Origin: Yersinia similis
Lineage (GTDB): Bacteria > Pseudomonadota > Gammaproteobacteria > Enterobacterales > Enterobacteriaceae
Length of the DNA: 16,000 nucleotides
Reading direction: 5' to 3'
NCBI RefSeq assembly: GCF_001053095.1
Contig: NZ_CGBP01000021.1
Coordinates: 33,514 to 49,513 of the forward strand
A model generated the notes under the pieces. The model was given only the letters and a program-made list of their open reading frames with translations. It was not told where the DNA came from and searched no databases. Positions 1 through 12,169 of this stretch are shown in pieces. Position numbers and translations under genes: made by a program. How positions within the stretch are numbered: the first letter of the stretch is position 1; each line of letters starts with the position of its first letter.

Positions 1-1122
1 GGTATTCTCACACCCCACAGTTGTCCCGATAATATCAGCGGTACCCATGGTTGAACTCTCCAAACTTTCACTGGCAAAGTTGCCACAATGGAACAACACA
101 CATTTATCTCGTTCAGCACCAAAGTTATTATTCCAGTCGGCTATGGATGCCGGTGCCAGCGAGCAACTGGCCAACGCATACATCGATAATGCACCCATCA
201 CATCCACTTCACAGGCACTTGGCATCAATTGCCCCGACATCACGCTCATAATGGAACAGACGTTGATCCCCAAGTTCTGCTGTAATGACGTCCAACATTG
301 CATTGCCGTAGTATCAATGTCATTGGCAATAATCCATTCACTGATCACCACAAACAACTTCGCCATTTTATGCAGTTTGTCTTGTGGAATGGCGCTGGTA
401 TCACCATTGGCTTTCAGTAATGCCAGTTTTTCGCCGACACGGATATCGTTATCACTGAGGTTAGCCACCCGGAAAAACACCTCGGATAAATCGAGGGTTT
501 CTACCGTAATCCCCAAATTCTCCAATAGCTTCTCGCTATAGCGTACGGTATTAAAGTTAGTTGGCCGGGCACCAATAGCCCCAACCCGCACCCGCTTCAT
601 GGCATGTACGACACGGCACAATTGCACAAACTGCTCGACATCACGGCTGAATATCTCACTGTTCAAGCTACAGACATGCTGTTTGGTCAATGTGAAAGGA
701 ATGCCATATTGGCGCAGGTTATTACACAGTGAAATCTTGCCGCAGAAGCTGTCACGACGGGTTGCCAGCCCCATTTTATCCAGCGAATCTTCCTCTGCCT
801 GTACCAGAACCGGCACTTTCAGTCCAGATAAACGAATAGCATCAGAGACACTTTTTTCATCGCCAAAATTAGGCAGAATAACGACTACACCATGGATCTC
901 TTCACTGTGTTTACGGAATAATTCAGCGCACACCTTGGCATCACGCCAGTTTTCCACACCACCTAGTGGCGTTTGCTCTTCATTAAGCATAATGATGTTA
1001 ATCCCCAGCCGGTCAAAGAGCGCCTGAGCATCCCGGCGCGCGTCGCTCACCAGATAGCTTGGGAAGAACCCCCGATTGCCGATAATCACCGCAAAAGTTA
1101 ACTTGCGAGGTATTGCTGACAT
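1..1122 (-). CDS. L-fucose/arabinose-isomerase-family sugar isomerase (N-terminal 374 codons; C-terminus lies beyond the left window edge)
   Basis: It is absent from the supplied ORF track because there is no stop inside the window. The reverse-strand ATG is the complement of 1120-1122, and the frame is open for all 374 codons down to position 1. Translation: MSAIPRKLTFAVIIGNRGFFPSYLVSDARRDAQALFDRLGINIIMLNEEQTPLGGVENWRDAKVCAELF...RVRVGAIGARPTNFNTVRYSEKLLENLGITVETLDLSEVF...MPSACEVDVMGALSMYAL...FHCGNF. AGGAG (complement of 1130-1134) lies 7 nt upstream of the ATG. The overall pattern is that of short FucI-like isomerases (COG2407-type). The + strand ORFs 47-541 and 599-1027 are antisense shadows of this gene. 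Confidence 0.8.
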   Translation of the reverse strand, partial: MSAIPRKLTFAVIIGNRGFFPSYLVSDARRDAQALFDRLGINIIMLNEEQTPLGGVENWRDAKVCAELFRKHSEEIHGVVVILPNFGDEKSVSDAIRLSGLKVPVLVQAEEDSLDKMGLATRRDSFCGKISLCNNLRQYGIPFTLTKQHVCSLNSEIFSRDVEQFVQLCRVVHAMKRVRVGAIGARPTNFNTVRYSEKLLENLGITVETLDLSEVFFRVANLSDNDIRVGEKLALLKANGDTSAIPQDKLHKMAKLFVVISEWIIANDIDTTAMQCWTSLQQNLGINVCSIMSVMSGQLMPSACEVDVMGALSMYALASCSLAPASIADWNNNFGAERDKCVLFHCGNFASESLESSTMGTADIIGTTVGCENT

Positions 1123-1142
1123 ATGCTTACTCCTAGTGTGGG

Positions 1143-2630
1143 TTATTTCGGCTGAAAACGCGCACGCGCGATGGCCGTTTGCCAGAGGCTATAGTTATCT
1201 TGCATCTCCGCACTTTGAATGCGCGGTTCGATGTATTCCACTTCACGGGGGAGCGTAGCCAGTTGCTGGCTATCCTGCCACCAGCCAAGGGTTTTCCCTC
1301 CCAAATAAGCGGCACCCAGCGCTGACACTTCTGCGGTGTGATTACGTATCAGTGTGCGCTGTAATAAATCGGCCTGAAATTGCATCAGCCAGCGATTACT
1401 GGTCGCGCCACCATCAACTCGCAGCCGTTCAAGGCGATGATGGGCCGCGTTCTCCATCGCAAAAAAGACATCGGCTATTTGATAGGCGACCGATTCAAGC
1501 GCTGCCCGCGCCAGTACTGCCGGTGTCGTGGCATCCGTCAGGCCACAGAACAAACCACGTGCCTGACTGTCCCAATAAGGCGCACCCAGTCCTGATAATG
1601 CCGGTACAAAATAGACGCCTTGATTGCCTGATTGGCTTTGTGCCATATCAGTCAGACGTGACAAGTCACTGATACCTAACATGCGCGAGACCCATGCCAC
1701 ACCCGAGCCGGTATGAGTGATGTTACCTTCAAGGGCATAGCGTAATTCGCCGTCATGCCAGGCAATGGTGGTGCTTAAGCCGTAGCTTTGTGCACTGGCC
1801 TGTTTTAGGGTCGTCATTAGAGATGAACCGGTGCCATAAGTGGCTTTGATTTCACCGGCCTGGTCGCCGCCTTGTCCGTACAGCGCGGCGTGCGAATCAC
1901 CAATTTGTGCCACGATAGGCACGCCCTGCGCCAAGCCGATAATACCGGTGCACGCGGTGTGTCCGTGGATGGATGCCGAGGGTAAGACGGCTGGCAGGCA
2001 AAGACTTGGGATACCAAACAGCGCCAGCAAATCGGGGTCCCATTGGCCTAAATGGATATTAAACAGCTGGGTTCGGGCCGCATTAGAGAAGTCAGTCGAG
2101 AAACTTTGCCCTTCGCTAAACTGCCAGGTCAGCCAGCAATCAAGAGTGCCAACACACAGCTCACCGTGAGCGGCACGTTCAGCGCCATGGGGGATCTGCG
2201 CCAACATGCCGTGAATTTTGGCCGCAGGAAACAGGGGATCAATCTGCAATCCAGTCCGTTCCGCAATCATCGCCGCAGCCGGTAATTGGCGCAAAGCCAG
2301 ACAGAAAGCCTCTGAACGACGGCACTGCCAGCTTACGACTGGCGTGAGCGGCGTGCCGGTTTCCCGTTCCCAAATCAGTACCGATTCACGCTGATTACTG
2401 ATGGCAATCCCCGCCACCTGTGCGCCCGCCAATTGATTTAGGCACCCCTCAACCGCCTGAGAAACCGCCAGCCAAATCGCCAGCGGATCCTGTTCTGCCC
2501 AGCCGGGCTGAGGATGCTCCAGTTGTAATGGTACCGATGCTTTTGCCAGAATCCGCCCGGCGCGATCTACCGCAATGGCCTTGGCGTTGGTTGTCCCTTC
2601 ATCAATAGCCAGAATGATTGGCGTTGACAT
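1143..2630 (-). CDS. FGGY-family carbohydrate (ketose) kinase
   Basis: This is track ORF 1143-2648. The N-terminus MSTPIILAIDEGTTNAKAIAVD carries the FGGY/actin-fold phosphate-1 motif DxGTTxxK, and ...GWAEQDP... and ...GDSHAALYGQG... also fit. I prefer the ATG at the complement of 2628-2630, because a GAGGGG SD precedes it and it does not overlap the upstream transketolase stop at 2633-2635. The ATG at 2648 is the alternative. The stop TAA is at 1143-1145. Confidence 0.85.
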   Translation of the reverse strand: MSTPIILAIDEGTTNAKAIAVDRAGRILAKASVPLQLEHPQPGWAEQDPLAIWLAVSQAVEGCLNQLAGAQVAGIAISNQRESVLIWERETGTPLTPVVSWQCRRSEAFCLALRQLPAAAMIAERTGLQIDPLFPAAKIHGMLAQIPHGAERAAHGELCVGTLDCWLTWQFSEGQSFSTDFSNAARTQLFNIHLGQWDPDLLALFGIPSLCLPAVLPSASIHGHTACTGIIGLAQGVPIVAQIGDSHAALYGQGGDQAGEIKATYGTGSSLMTTLKQASAQSYGLSTTIAWHDGELRYALEGNITHTGSGVAWVSRMLGISDLSRLTDMAQSQSGNQGVYFVPALSGLGAPYWDSQARGLFCGLTDATTPAVLARAALESVAYQIADVFFAMENAAHHRLERLRVDGGATSNRWLMQFQADLLQRTLIRNHTAEVSALGAAYLGGKTLGWWQDSQQLATLPREVEYIEPRIQSAEMQDNYSLWQTAIARARFQPK

Positions 2631-2632
2631 TG

Positions 2633-3577
2633 TTATTCCCCTCGGCAAAACCGCAGAGCACGGGCCACAATGCCTGCCGCATCAAAACCATGATAGGCTC
2701 GCATCTCAGCCCGATCAGCGGCAATCGCATAACCGCCGTCAGGAATACCCAGTCTCACTAATGGAGTACCACTCCCCGCCTCAGCCAACACTTCTGCTAC
2801 CAGGCTACCCACGCCGCCATTAATATTGTGCTCTTCTATGGTAATCACCCGCTGACTCTGTTGGAGGATGGCGAACAGTTGCTGAGTATCACACGGGCGG
2901 ATAGAGGAAACGTTGACCACCGCAGCAGAAATATTGTTGTCTGCCAGTATGGCTGCCGCGCTGACCGCTTCATGTACTGTAGATCCCATCGCGACCAGAG
3001 CAATATCCCGTCCCTCTTGCAAGACATTAATTTGACCGGGAGCAAATCGATAATGCTCATCATGCAGTGGCGGTAACGCTTTGCCATCCAACCGAATATA
3101 TACCGGTCCCTGATGGGCCAACGCATACTCAATGATCTGACGGCACTCCTGTGGATCAGCAGGGGCGTAGATTTCGATATTACCGAAGCCACGTAGGATG
3201 GCGATGTCATCGATACAGTGATGCGTACTGGCCAGTGGCCCGTAGCTGGCACCGGAGTTCAAACCAAACAGTTTTACATTGCTGTTGTTGTAACAAACAT
3301 CAATTTTCAACTGCTCGTTAGCACGCGAAATCAGAAACGGTGCGGCATTACAGGTCACCGCAATTTTTCCCCCCATGGATAGACCGACCGCCATGCCTAC
3401 CATCGCTTGTTCGGCAATCCCAACGTTGACCACTCGATCAGGGAAGCGCGTGATAAACGGCCCGATTTTTGCCGTTGAAGTAGAGTCAGCAACCACGGGG
3501 ACCAAATCAACCCCGTTATCGACCGCCTTGATAAACTGCTCGACCATCACTGAGGCCAAATGTTCTGCATTACTCAT
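2633..3577 (-). CDS. Split transketolase, C-terminal (pyrimidine-binding plus C-terminal domain) subunit
   Basis: The 314-aa product contains ...VADSTSTAKIGPFITRFPDRVVNVGIAEQAMVGMAVGLSMGGKIAVTCNAAPFL...EIYAPADPQECRQII...PVYIRL..., typical of the second half of two-gene transketolases. It overlaps the N-subunit gene by 8 nt, which suggests translational coupling. Confidence 0.9.
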   Translation of the reverse strand: MSNAEHLASVMVEQFIKAVDNGVDLVPVVADSTSTAKIGPFITRFPDRVVNVGIAEQAMVGMAVGLSMGGKIAVTCNAAPFLISRANEQLKIDVCYNNSNVKLFGLNSGASYGPLASTHHCIDDIAILRGFGNIEIYAPADPQECRQIIEYALAHQGPVYIRLDGKALPPLHDEHYRFAPGQINVLQEGRDIALVAMGSTVHEAVSAAAILADNNISAAVVNVSSIRPCDTQQLFAILQQSQRVITIEEHNINGGVGSLVAEVLAEAGSGTPLVRLGIPDGGYAIAADRAEMRAYHGFDAAGIVARALRFCRGE

Positions 3578-4400
3578 CGTTTAATTCCTCCAGCGCCAGA
3601 TCAATTTCAGCACCTTTCGGCACCCGGTGGTGCCACTCCACACGCCCTTGAATAAACGAGATCCCCGCACCTTTTTCGGTGTTGGCGATCACCACATTGG
3701 GTTTACCGTTTTGTTGTAATGTCTCCAATGTTTCCACCACCGATTGCATATCATTCCCACGGCATTCAGTGACTTGCAGACCAAATGCCCGCCATTTATC
3801 TGCCAGTGGATCGGTGTTCATAATTGATTTAGTGGTCCCTGCCAATTGGAGTTTATTTTTGTCGTTGATGATCACCAAATTGTCTAATTGATAGTGAGCA
3901 GCTACTAACGCGGCTTCCCAGTTACTGCCTTCGGCCAATTCACCATCGCCTGTCAGGACAAAGACCCGACGTTTGCTGTTAGCGCGTTTTGCTGCCAGTG
4001 CGATACCGACTGCCACCGGTAAACCGTGCCCTAAAGCCCCGGTATTGAGTTCTATACCCGGTGTCTTATGTTTTACCGGATGGCCTGGCAGATGAGAGTC
4101 AGCACGTTGATAAGTCGCCAACCACTCTTCTGGGAAATAGAGGGCTTCGGCCAGACAGCAATAATAGCCGCCAACCGCATGGCCTTTAGATTGCACATAA
4201 ATATCGCGCTCAGGATCCGTAAGCCTCTCCGGCGCACAATTGAGGATGCGAAAATAGAGTGCCGTCAGAATCTCTACCTGCGAAAGATCAGCACCGGTAT
4301 GCCCACCTGCGGGGCTGTTCGCATTAAGCAGGACAATACGGCGTCGGATAGCCCGCGCCTTTCTCACCAGCTCATCGATTGACAGTGAATACGGATTCAT
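3570..4400 (-). CDS. Split transketolase, N-terminal (thiamine-diphosphate-binding) subunit
   Basis: The 276-aa product contains ...SPAGGHTGADLSQVEILTALYF... and the ThDP motif ...VFVLTGDGELAEGSNWEAALVAAHYQLDNLVIINDKN.... A GTGAGG SD-like sequence lies upstream of the ATG (complement of 4398-4400). Confidence 0.9.
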   Translation of the reverse strand: MNPYSLSIDELVRKARAIRRRIVLLNANSPAGGHTGADLSQVEILTALYFRILNCAPERLTDPERDIYVQSKGHAVGGYYCCLAEALYFPEEWLATYQRADSHLPGHPVKHKTPGIELNTGALGHGLPVAVGIALAAKRANSKRRVFVLTGDGELAEGSNWEAALVAAHYQLDNLVIINDKNKLQLAGTTKSIMNTDPLADKWRAFGLQVTECRGNDMQSVVETLETLQQNGKPNVVIANTEKGAGISFIQGRVEWHHRVPKGAEIDLALEELNDE

Positions 4401-4623
4401 GATATTACCTCACTTGAATTTTTACTCATTACCGAATATTTATTCTTGATAGGGCTAAAAAATAGCTTTCATCAAGCCTGTCCGGAGATCTCCCTCCGGT
4501 ATAACGTCTTCAGTGTTTTGTGACTCACCACACTCAAACTGCCCTATGCAGTGGCCTGTTATTCAGTTCATCTCAATTCGAGCCGTTCAGTCCTTTAGCC
4601 GTTATTTACGCATGACCTGGCCG

Positions 4624-5751
4624 TTACTCACTTTTTACCACCTGAGGGACGGCATCAGAGGGCATAGCGGTCACTTTTTGCGACACAATCGCCGCTTTGT
4701 GCTGCATCCGGTTTTGCATCTGATCAATAATCACGGCCACGATAATCACGATGCCTTTGATCACCATTTGCCAGAATTCACTGATGCCCATCATCACCAG
4801 CCCATCAGCCAAGATGCCGATAACAAAAGCGCCAATCAGCGTACCCAGAATGGTACCCCGCCCCCCAGCCAGTGATGTCCCGCCCAGAACAACCGCGGCG
4901 ATGGCATTCATTTCGAAGCCACTACCATTGGCCGGGTGGCTGGCAACCAGTTGGGCAGACACGATAATCCCCGCTATCGCAGCACAGAAGCCAGATAGGG
5001 TGTAAACCCAGATTTTCACCTGACGCACTTTGACGCCAGAAAGTTCAGCGGCCCGTTCGTTATCCCCAATAGCATAAACATGGCGGCCAAACGGGAGGCG
5101 GCGGGCAACATAAGCAATCACCAGCGCCAGAATGAACATGATCCAGATGGCGATCGGCAGACCCAATAGCGTTCCTGATCCCAGCAGGTCAAAACCGGTA
5201 TTGCCCAGTTGCGGGTTGCCCTGTAGGCCGGGGAAGGTTTCGCCGCCAGAGATCAGCATCGAGGCACCACGCACCACATACATGGTGCCAAGGGTGCAAA
5301 TAAACGGGGCGACGTTGTAGCGAGTAATGATCCAGCCATTAACCGCACCAATGAGTGCTCCGATAACCAACACCACCGGAACCACGACCCAAACACTGGG
5401 AAAGATAGCGATGCCAAACATCGGCAAGACAATGCCTTGGGTGATCATCCAACCGGCAATCATGCCGCACAGGCCCAGCGTCGCGCCGATGGAGAGATCG
5501 ATACCGGCGGTAATAATGACGAAGGTGATGCCCAGTGCGAGGAAGGCATTAATCGCAATATGCTTCACCATGATGATCAAACTACCCGTGGCTAAGAACC
5601 CAGGGACCATGATTGAAAAGAAGCCCAGGATCAGAAACAGGGCAATAAAGGTGCGCATCTTTAACAGAAGCAGCAGCATATTTTCCCGTGACCATGACGC
5701 TCCACCGGGCTGGTGACTCGCCAACGCAGTGCCAGTTGTTGCTTTCATCAT
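4624..5751 (-). CDS. Sugar ABC transporter permease (RbsC/AraH-type, multi-span)
   Basis: The 375-aa product is very hydrophobic, with many predicted TM segments (FIALFLILGFFSIMVPGFL, ITFVIITAGIDLSIGATLGLCGMIAGW, and others) and the RbsC-type ...ITAGIDLSIG... and ...IAAVVLGGTSLAGGRGTILGTLIGA... motifs. Its ATG overlaps the ATPase stop in an ATGA arrangement at 5748-5751. Confidence 0.9.
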   Translation of the reverse strand: MMKATTGTALASHQPGGASWSRENMLLLLLKMRTFIALFLILGFFSIMVPGFLATGSLIIMVKHIAINAFLALGITFVIITAGIDLSIGATLGLCGMIAGWMITQGIVLPMFGIAIFPSVWVVVPVVLVIGALIGAVNGWIITRYNVAPFICTLGTMYVVRGASMLISGGETFPGLQGNPQLGNTGFDLLGSGTLLGLPIAIWIMFILALVIAYVARRLPFGRHVYAIGDNERAAELSGVKVRQVKIWVYTLSGFCAAIAGIIVSAQLVASHPANGSGFEMNAIAAVVLGGTSLAGGRGTILGTLIGAFVIGILADGLVMMGISEFWQMVIKGIVIIVAVIIDQMQNRMQHKAAIVSQKVTAMPSDAVPQVVKSE

Positions 5752-7271
5752 TCAAACCCTTGTGCGCTTGCTGTAACCAATGCCGATTCACTGGCCGATT
5801 GACGGGATAAATTCGCCGTCAGTTTGCCGTTCGACATCACCAGAATGCGGTCGGATACCGCCATAATTTCTTTTAGGTCGGAGGTGGAAAACAGAATGCC
5901 GATCCCCTGCTCAGAGAGTTTCACCATCATTTCAAACACATCTGCTTTTGCGCCAACATCAATGCCACGCGTCGGTTCATCCAGCAGCAAAATGTTCGGG
6001 CTGGTCAGTAACGAGCGGCCAATGACCACTTTTTGCTGATTGCCCCCGCTGAGTGCCTGAATTTCGACATCGGGTGAAGAAACTTTGATCGACAGATCAC
6101 CGATAGTCGCCACCACCACCTGCGCTTCACTCTCCTGCCAGATAGCAAAGCGGTGTTTCAGCCGACGCCATAAGCTGGAGATGGTCAAATTACAGGCAAC
6201 CGATGAGACAGGGAAAATCCCGGCTTTTTTGCGGTCTTCCGGCACCAGGCTCATCCCAAGGCGGATACGCTCTGCGGTGGAGGTTTTGGCATTCATGACC
6301 GTGCCATTGAGCCGAACGGTGCCAAGATAGTTTTGTTGCGTGCCCAGTAAACACTCGAACAATTCGGTACGGCCCGCCCCCATCAGGCCATAAATACCGA
6401 CAATCTCGCCTGCCCGGACGTGCAATGAGACATGATTAACCACGGTATTACCGGATTCATTGATGAAGGTGACATCTTCCACCTCCATCATTGGTTCACC
6501 AAAGGTACGCCCCGGACGAAGGAAGCTGGAAACCGGATCGCTACCCAGCATTTCACGAACAATCCACGGCACATCAATGTCTTTTACTGCGGCTTCAGCC
6601 TGAAAGCGCCCATCGCGTAAAATAGTGATGTAATCGCCAATCGCCATCAATTCTTCCAATCGGTGGGAAATATAAATGATGGAAACCCCTTGCCGAGTGA
6701 GTTCGCGGATCACACGGAACAGGATATCAACCTCCGTTTTACTGAGAGCTGAGGTTGGCTCATCCAAAATCAGGATATCGGCTTGCTCTGCCAGTGCCTT
6801 GGCAATTTCAATCAACTGCTGCTGGCCCACTTTCAGGTTTGACACTTTCTCTTGCGGTGAAATGACCTGATCAAGGCGCACCATCAGTTGTTCAGTAACC
6901 CGTTCCTGCGCGGCCTGATTAATCGGTTTCAAACCTTGCTGGATTTCGCGGCCAAGAAAAATATTTTCCGCCACATTGAGGTTTTCCGATAAATTCAGTT
7001 CCTGATGCACCATGCCGATGCCCAGTGCCGTCGCCTCGCGAGTATTGGCAATGCTGACTCTCTGCCCGTTTAGGTAAATTTGCCCAGAGGTTTGCTGCTG
7101 TACCCCGGCCAGAATTTTCATCAGTGTTGATTTGCCAGCTCCGTTTTCGCCAATAATGACGTTAACTTTGCCGCGATAGACGTTGTAACTGACGCTATCG
7201 AGTGCCAATGTGCCAGGAAAACGCATCGAAATGTCCTCAGCACGCATGACAATGTCAGGTCTGTGGTTCAT
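5748..7271 (-). CDS. Sugar ABC transporter ATP-binding protein (fused double ATPase, RbsA/MglA-type)
   Basis: The 507-aa product has Walker A GENGAGKST, an LKVGQQQLIEIAKAL Q-rich signature and Walker B ILILDEPTSAL in domain 1. Domain 2 has GLMGAGRTE, LSGGNQQK and LLLDEPTRGIDVGAK. Its start codon overlaps the upstream lipoprotein stop by 1 nt (TGATG at 7269-7273). Confidence 0.95.
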   Translation of the reverse strand: MNHRPDIVMRAEDISMRFPGTLALDSVSYNVYRGKVNVIIGENGAGKSTLMKILAGVQQQTSGQIYLNGQRVSIANTREATALGIGMVHQELNLSENLNVAENIFLGREIQQGLKPINQAAQERVTEQLMVRLDQVISPQEKVSNLKVGQQQLIEIAKALAEQADILILDEPTSALSKTEVDILFRVIRELTRQGVSIIYISHRLEELMAIGDYITILRDGRFQAEAAVKDIDVPWIVREMLGSDPVSSFLRPGRTFGEPMMEVEDVTFINESGNTVVNHVSLHVRAGEIVGIYGLMGAGRTELFECLLGTQQNYLGTVRLNGTVMNAKTSTAERIRLGMSLVPEDRKKAGIFPVSSVACNLTISSLWRRLKHRFAIWQESEAQVVVATIGDLSIKVSSPDVEIQALSGGNQQKVVIGRSLLTSPNILLLDEPTRGIDVGAKADVFEMMVKLSEQGIGILFSTSDLKEIMAVSDRILVMSNGKLTANLSRQSASESALVTASAQGFE

Positions 7272-7888
7272 CAGTGGCTCTCCTTATTCAAACTCAGTGG
7301 CACACCATTGCTCAGGCTGGTTGGCGTCAATGTGACTGCCGCCAGTACCTCAACCTGCTGCCCAATCCAACTGGCATCGGGTTTGGCCACATCCTGCAAC
7401 GCACGCAGACTTAATGCCTTGGCAAGCTGGGCGTATTGCACCTGGTTTTTAAAATCGTCAAAGCGAATAAAGGTGGAGGCATCGCGAATAGCATTGCCTT
7501 TGACAATTGGCCCCAATTGCAAGACCTGTTCATCACCGTCGATAGCCAAACGGATCACCCCTTCCCGCCCTTCGGTTTCTACTGCCACGACCTTGCCGGT
7601 AAAGCGGACAAAGCGGCTTTGGCTATTTTTCCCGACCGCAGGCTGGCTTTGCTGTTGTTTCACCTCTTGCCAACTGATGGCGCTGCTATTGGCAAATGGC
7701 ATGACATTTTTCGCCCAAATAGTGGCCGCCACTTTATCTGGCGTCTGGTTATAGTCACTGACCACCGCGTTCGGATCGACCGGCAGGATCGGTTTGCCGT
7801 TTTCATCCAAATCCACGACGGTGCAAGCCACCAGTACAGCACTGATCATCAGCAAAGCGCCTGCTTTCGATATCGTACGGAACCCCAT
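7271..7888 (-). CDS. Small periplasmic lipoprotein embedded in the ABC operon (probably DUF2291-type; function unknown)
   Basis: The 205-aa product starts MGFRTISKAGALLMISAVLVAC, a signal peptide with lipobox LVAC. AGGAGG precedes the ATG. The gene sits between the binding-protein and ATPase genes and is translationally coupled to the ATPase gene. The DUF2291 assignment comes from memory of size, lipobox and genomic context, not from a search. Confidence 0.75.
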   Translation of the reverse strand: MGFRTISKAGALLMISAVLVACTVVDLDENGKPILPVDPNAVVSDYNQTPDKVAATIWAKNVMPFANSSAISWQEVKQQQSQPAVGKNSQSRFVRFTGKVVAVETEGREGVIRLAIDGDEQVLQLGPIVKGNAIRDASTFIRFDDFKNQVQYAQLAKALSLRALQDVAKPDASWIGQQVEVLAAVTLTPTSLSNGVPLSLNKESH

Positions 7889-7903
7889 AATGCCTCCTGA
7901 AAG

Positions 7904-7963
7904 GAGGGGCGATATCGCCCCTCATTACGGCTAAAGCGGATGTTTTATCGCACTGGCTTTAGC
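7904..7963 (-). terminator. Two intercistronic stem-loops directly after the binding-protein gene (attenuator or mRNA-stabiliser type)
   Basis: On the minus strand the first stem is GCTAAAGC...GCTTTAGC (7930-7937 pairing with 7956-7963), with an inner GCG(G)AT/ATCGC extension. It is followed by the perfect 20-nt palindrome GAGGGGCGATATCGCCCCTC (7904-7923) and then CTTTC. The U-tract is poor and the AGGAGG SD of the next gene follows immediately. Partial termination or 3'-end protection therefore seems more likely than a full stop. Confidence 0.45.
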
Positions 7964-7980
7964 GAACACGCTTGTAGCGG

Positions 7981-9030
<1,050 letters not shown>

Positions 9031-9336
9031 TCACAAATTAGTCGATACGGGCGGAGGGATATCTTAGAAACAAACTGCACTTTTGCAGAGACTCACGGGG
9101 TAGAGTGAAAAAGGAAGCCTGCCGCTTCAGAATGGGCAGTTGGCAAGGGCGTTTATCCTCGGGCCGCATGGGCGGTCACCTTGAATTAATATCGCGGCGG
9201 TTACACAGAGTTATTCATAGAAACCTATCTTCTTCTATTCTTGCGATTCGATCAGCATCGTTGTCAGACGTTGTTATTCCCTCTTAGAAACTCGCAATAT
9301 TCGCAGGCCATAATCCCTATATATACCTTATCTATA

Positions 9337-11648
<2,312 letters not shown>

Positions 11649-11654
11649 ATCAGC

Positions 11655-11677
11655 AGGGGGGATTTATCTTCCCCCCT
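11655..11677 (+). terminator. Stem-loop after katY (possible partial rho-independent terminator)
   Basis: AGGGGGGA (11655-11662) pairs with TCCCCCCT (11670-11677) around a 7-nt loop. The following sequence, ctatttataat, is only moderately U-rich, so read-through into cybC is plausible. Confidence 0.5.
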
Positions 11678-11720
11678 CTATTTATAATAGAATAAAGTCA
11701 TAATATAAGAGGTAACAATA

Positions 11721-12104
11721 ATGCGAAAAATTCCAATGATTGCGGGAATCTTCTCATTACTCATTACAAGTTATACTTTTGCCGCCAGCCTTCAGGATGA
11801 TATGAATATTCTGATAGCCAATTTGGGTATTGTAAGTTCATCAACCGATGCAAAAGTTATTAAATCATCATTGGAAAAAATGCGTAATGCCGCCCTTGAT
11901 GCTCAAAAAAAAATCCCACCCAAGCTTGAAGGGAAAGCCGAGGATAGTCCGGAAATAAAAGACTATCGGCATGGTTTTGACCTACTAATGGAACAGATAG
12001 ACAAAACAAAACAATGGGCGGAAGAAGGAAATATTCAGGAGGTAAAAAAATCGGTTGGAAAAATAATCAATATTCGTAATACCTATCATAGTAGATATCG
12101 TTAA
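11721..12104 (+). CDS. cybC: Soluble periplasmic cytochrome b562
   Basis: The 127-aa product has a signal peptide MRKIPMIAGIFSLLITSYTFA. The mature part aligns by eye along its whole length with E. coli CybC (..MRNAALDAQKKIPPKLEGKAEDSPEIKDYRHGFDLL....IRNTYHSRYR versus ..[36 protein letters not shown]....TRNAYHQKYR), including the Met and His haem ligand contexts. An AAGAGG SD lies 8 nt upstream. Confidence 0.95.
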   Translation: MRKIPMIAGIFSLLITSYTFAASLQDDMNILIANLGIVSSSTDAKVIKSSLEKMRNAALDAQKKIPPKLEGKAEDSPEIKDYRHGFDLLMEQIDKTKQWAEEGNIQEVKKSVGKIINIRNTYHSRYR

Positions 12105-12169
12105 AATTTTATTAATTTATAGAGGAATATTGAATATACCTCCAGACAGGTATTTATATAAAATAATTA

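Noticed and set aside
47-1027. Plus-strand track ORFs 47-541 (164 aa) and 599-1027 (142 aa)
   Set aside because: They are antisense to a 374-codon open minus-strand frame with clear FucI-family similarity and a good SD. Their products are low-complexity (Ser/Leu/Cys-rich) with no recognisable motifs.
4482-4499. Hairpin CCGGAG-N6-CTCCGG / palindrome GGAGATCTCC as a terminator between the permease and the transketolase genes
   Set aside because: No U-tract follows it on the minus strand. It may still form in RNA, but I cannot support a terminator call. It is mentioned only as context for the possible internal promoter.
7263-7900. Plus-strand ORFs 7263-7754 (163 aa) and 7436-7900 (154 aa)
   Set aside because: They are antisense to the lipoprotein gene and have no SD or motif. 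Long shadow ORFs of this kind are expected in about 50% GC coding DNA.
9105-9287. 60-aa GTG ORF in the divergent intergenic region
   Set aside because: It has no SD and a non-ATG start. The Arg/Ser/Gly-rich product has no motif and no coding-like periodicity evident by eye.
12122-12142. Near-palindrome GAGGAATATTGAATATACCTC after the cybC stop as a terminator
   Set aside because: The stem is mostly A-T with a central mismatch and an essentially zero-length loop, and there is no U-tract. It is more likely incidental in AT-rich DNA.
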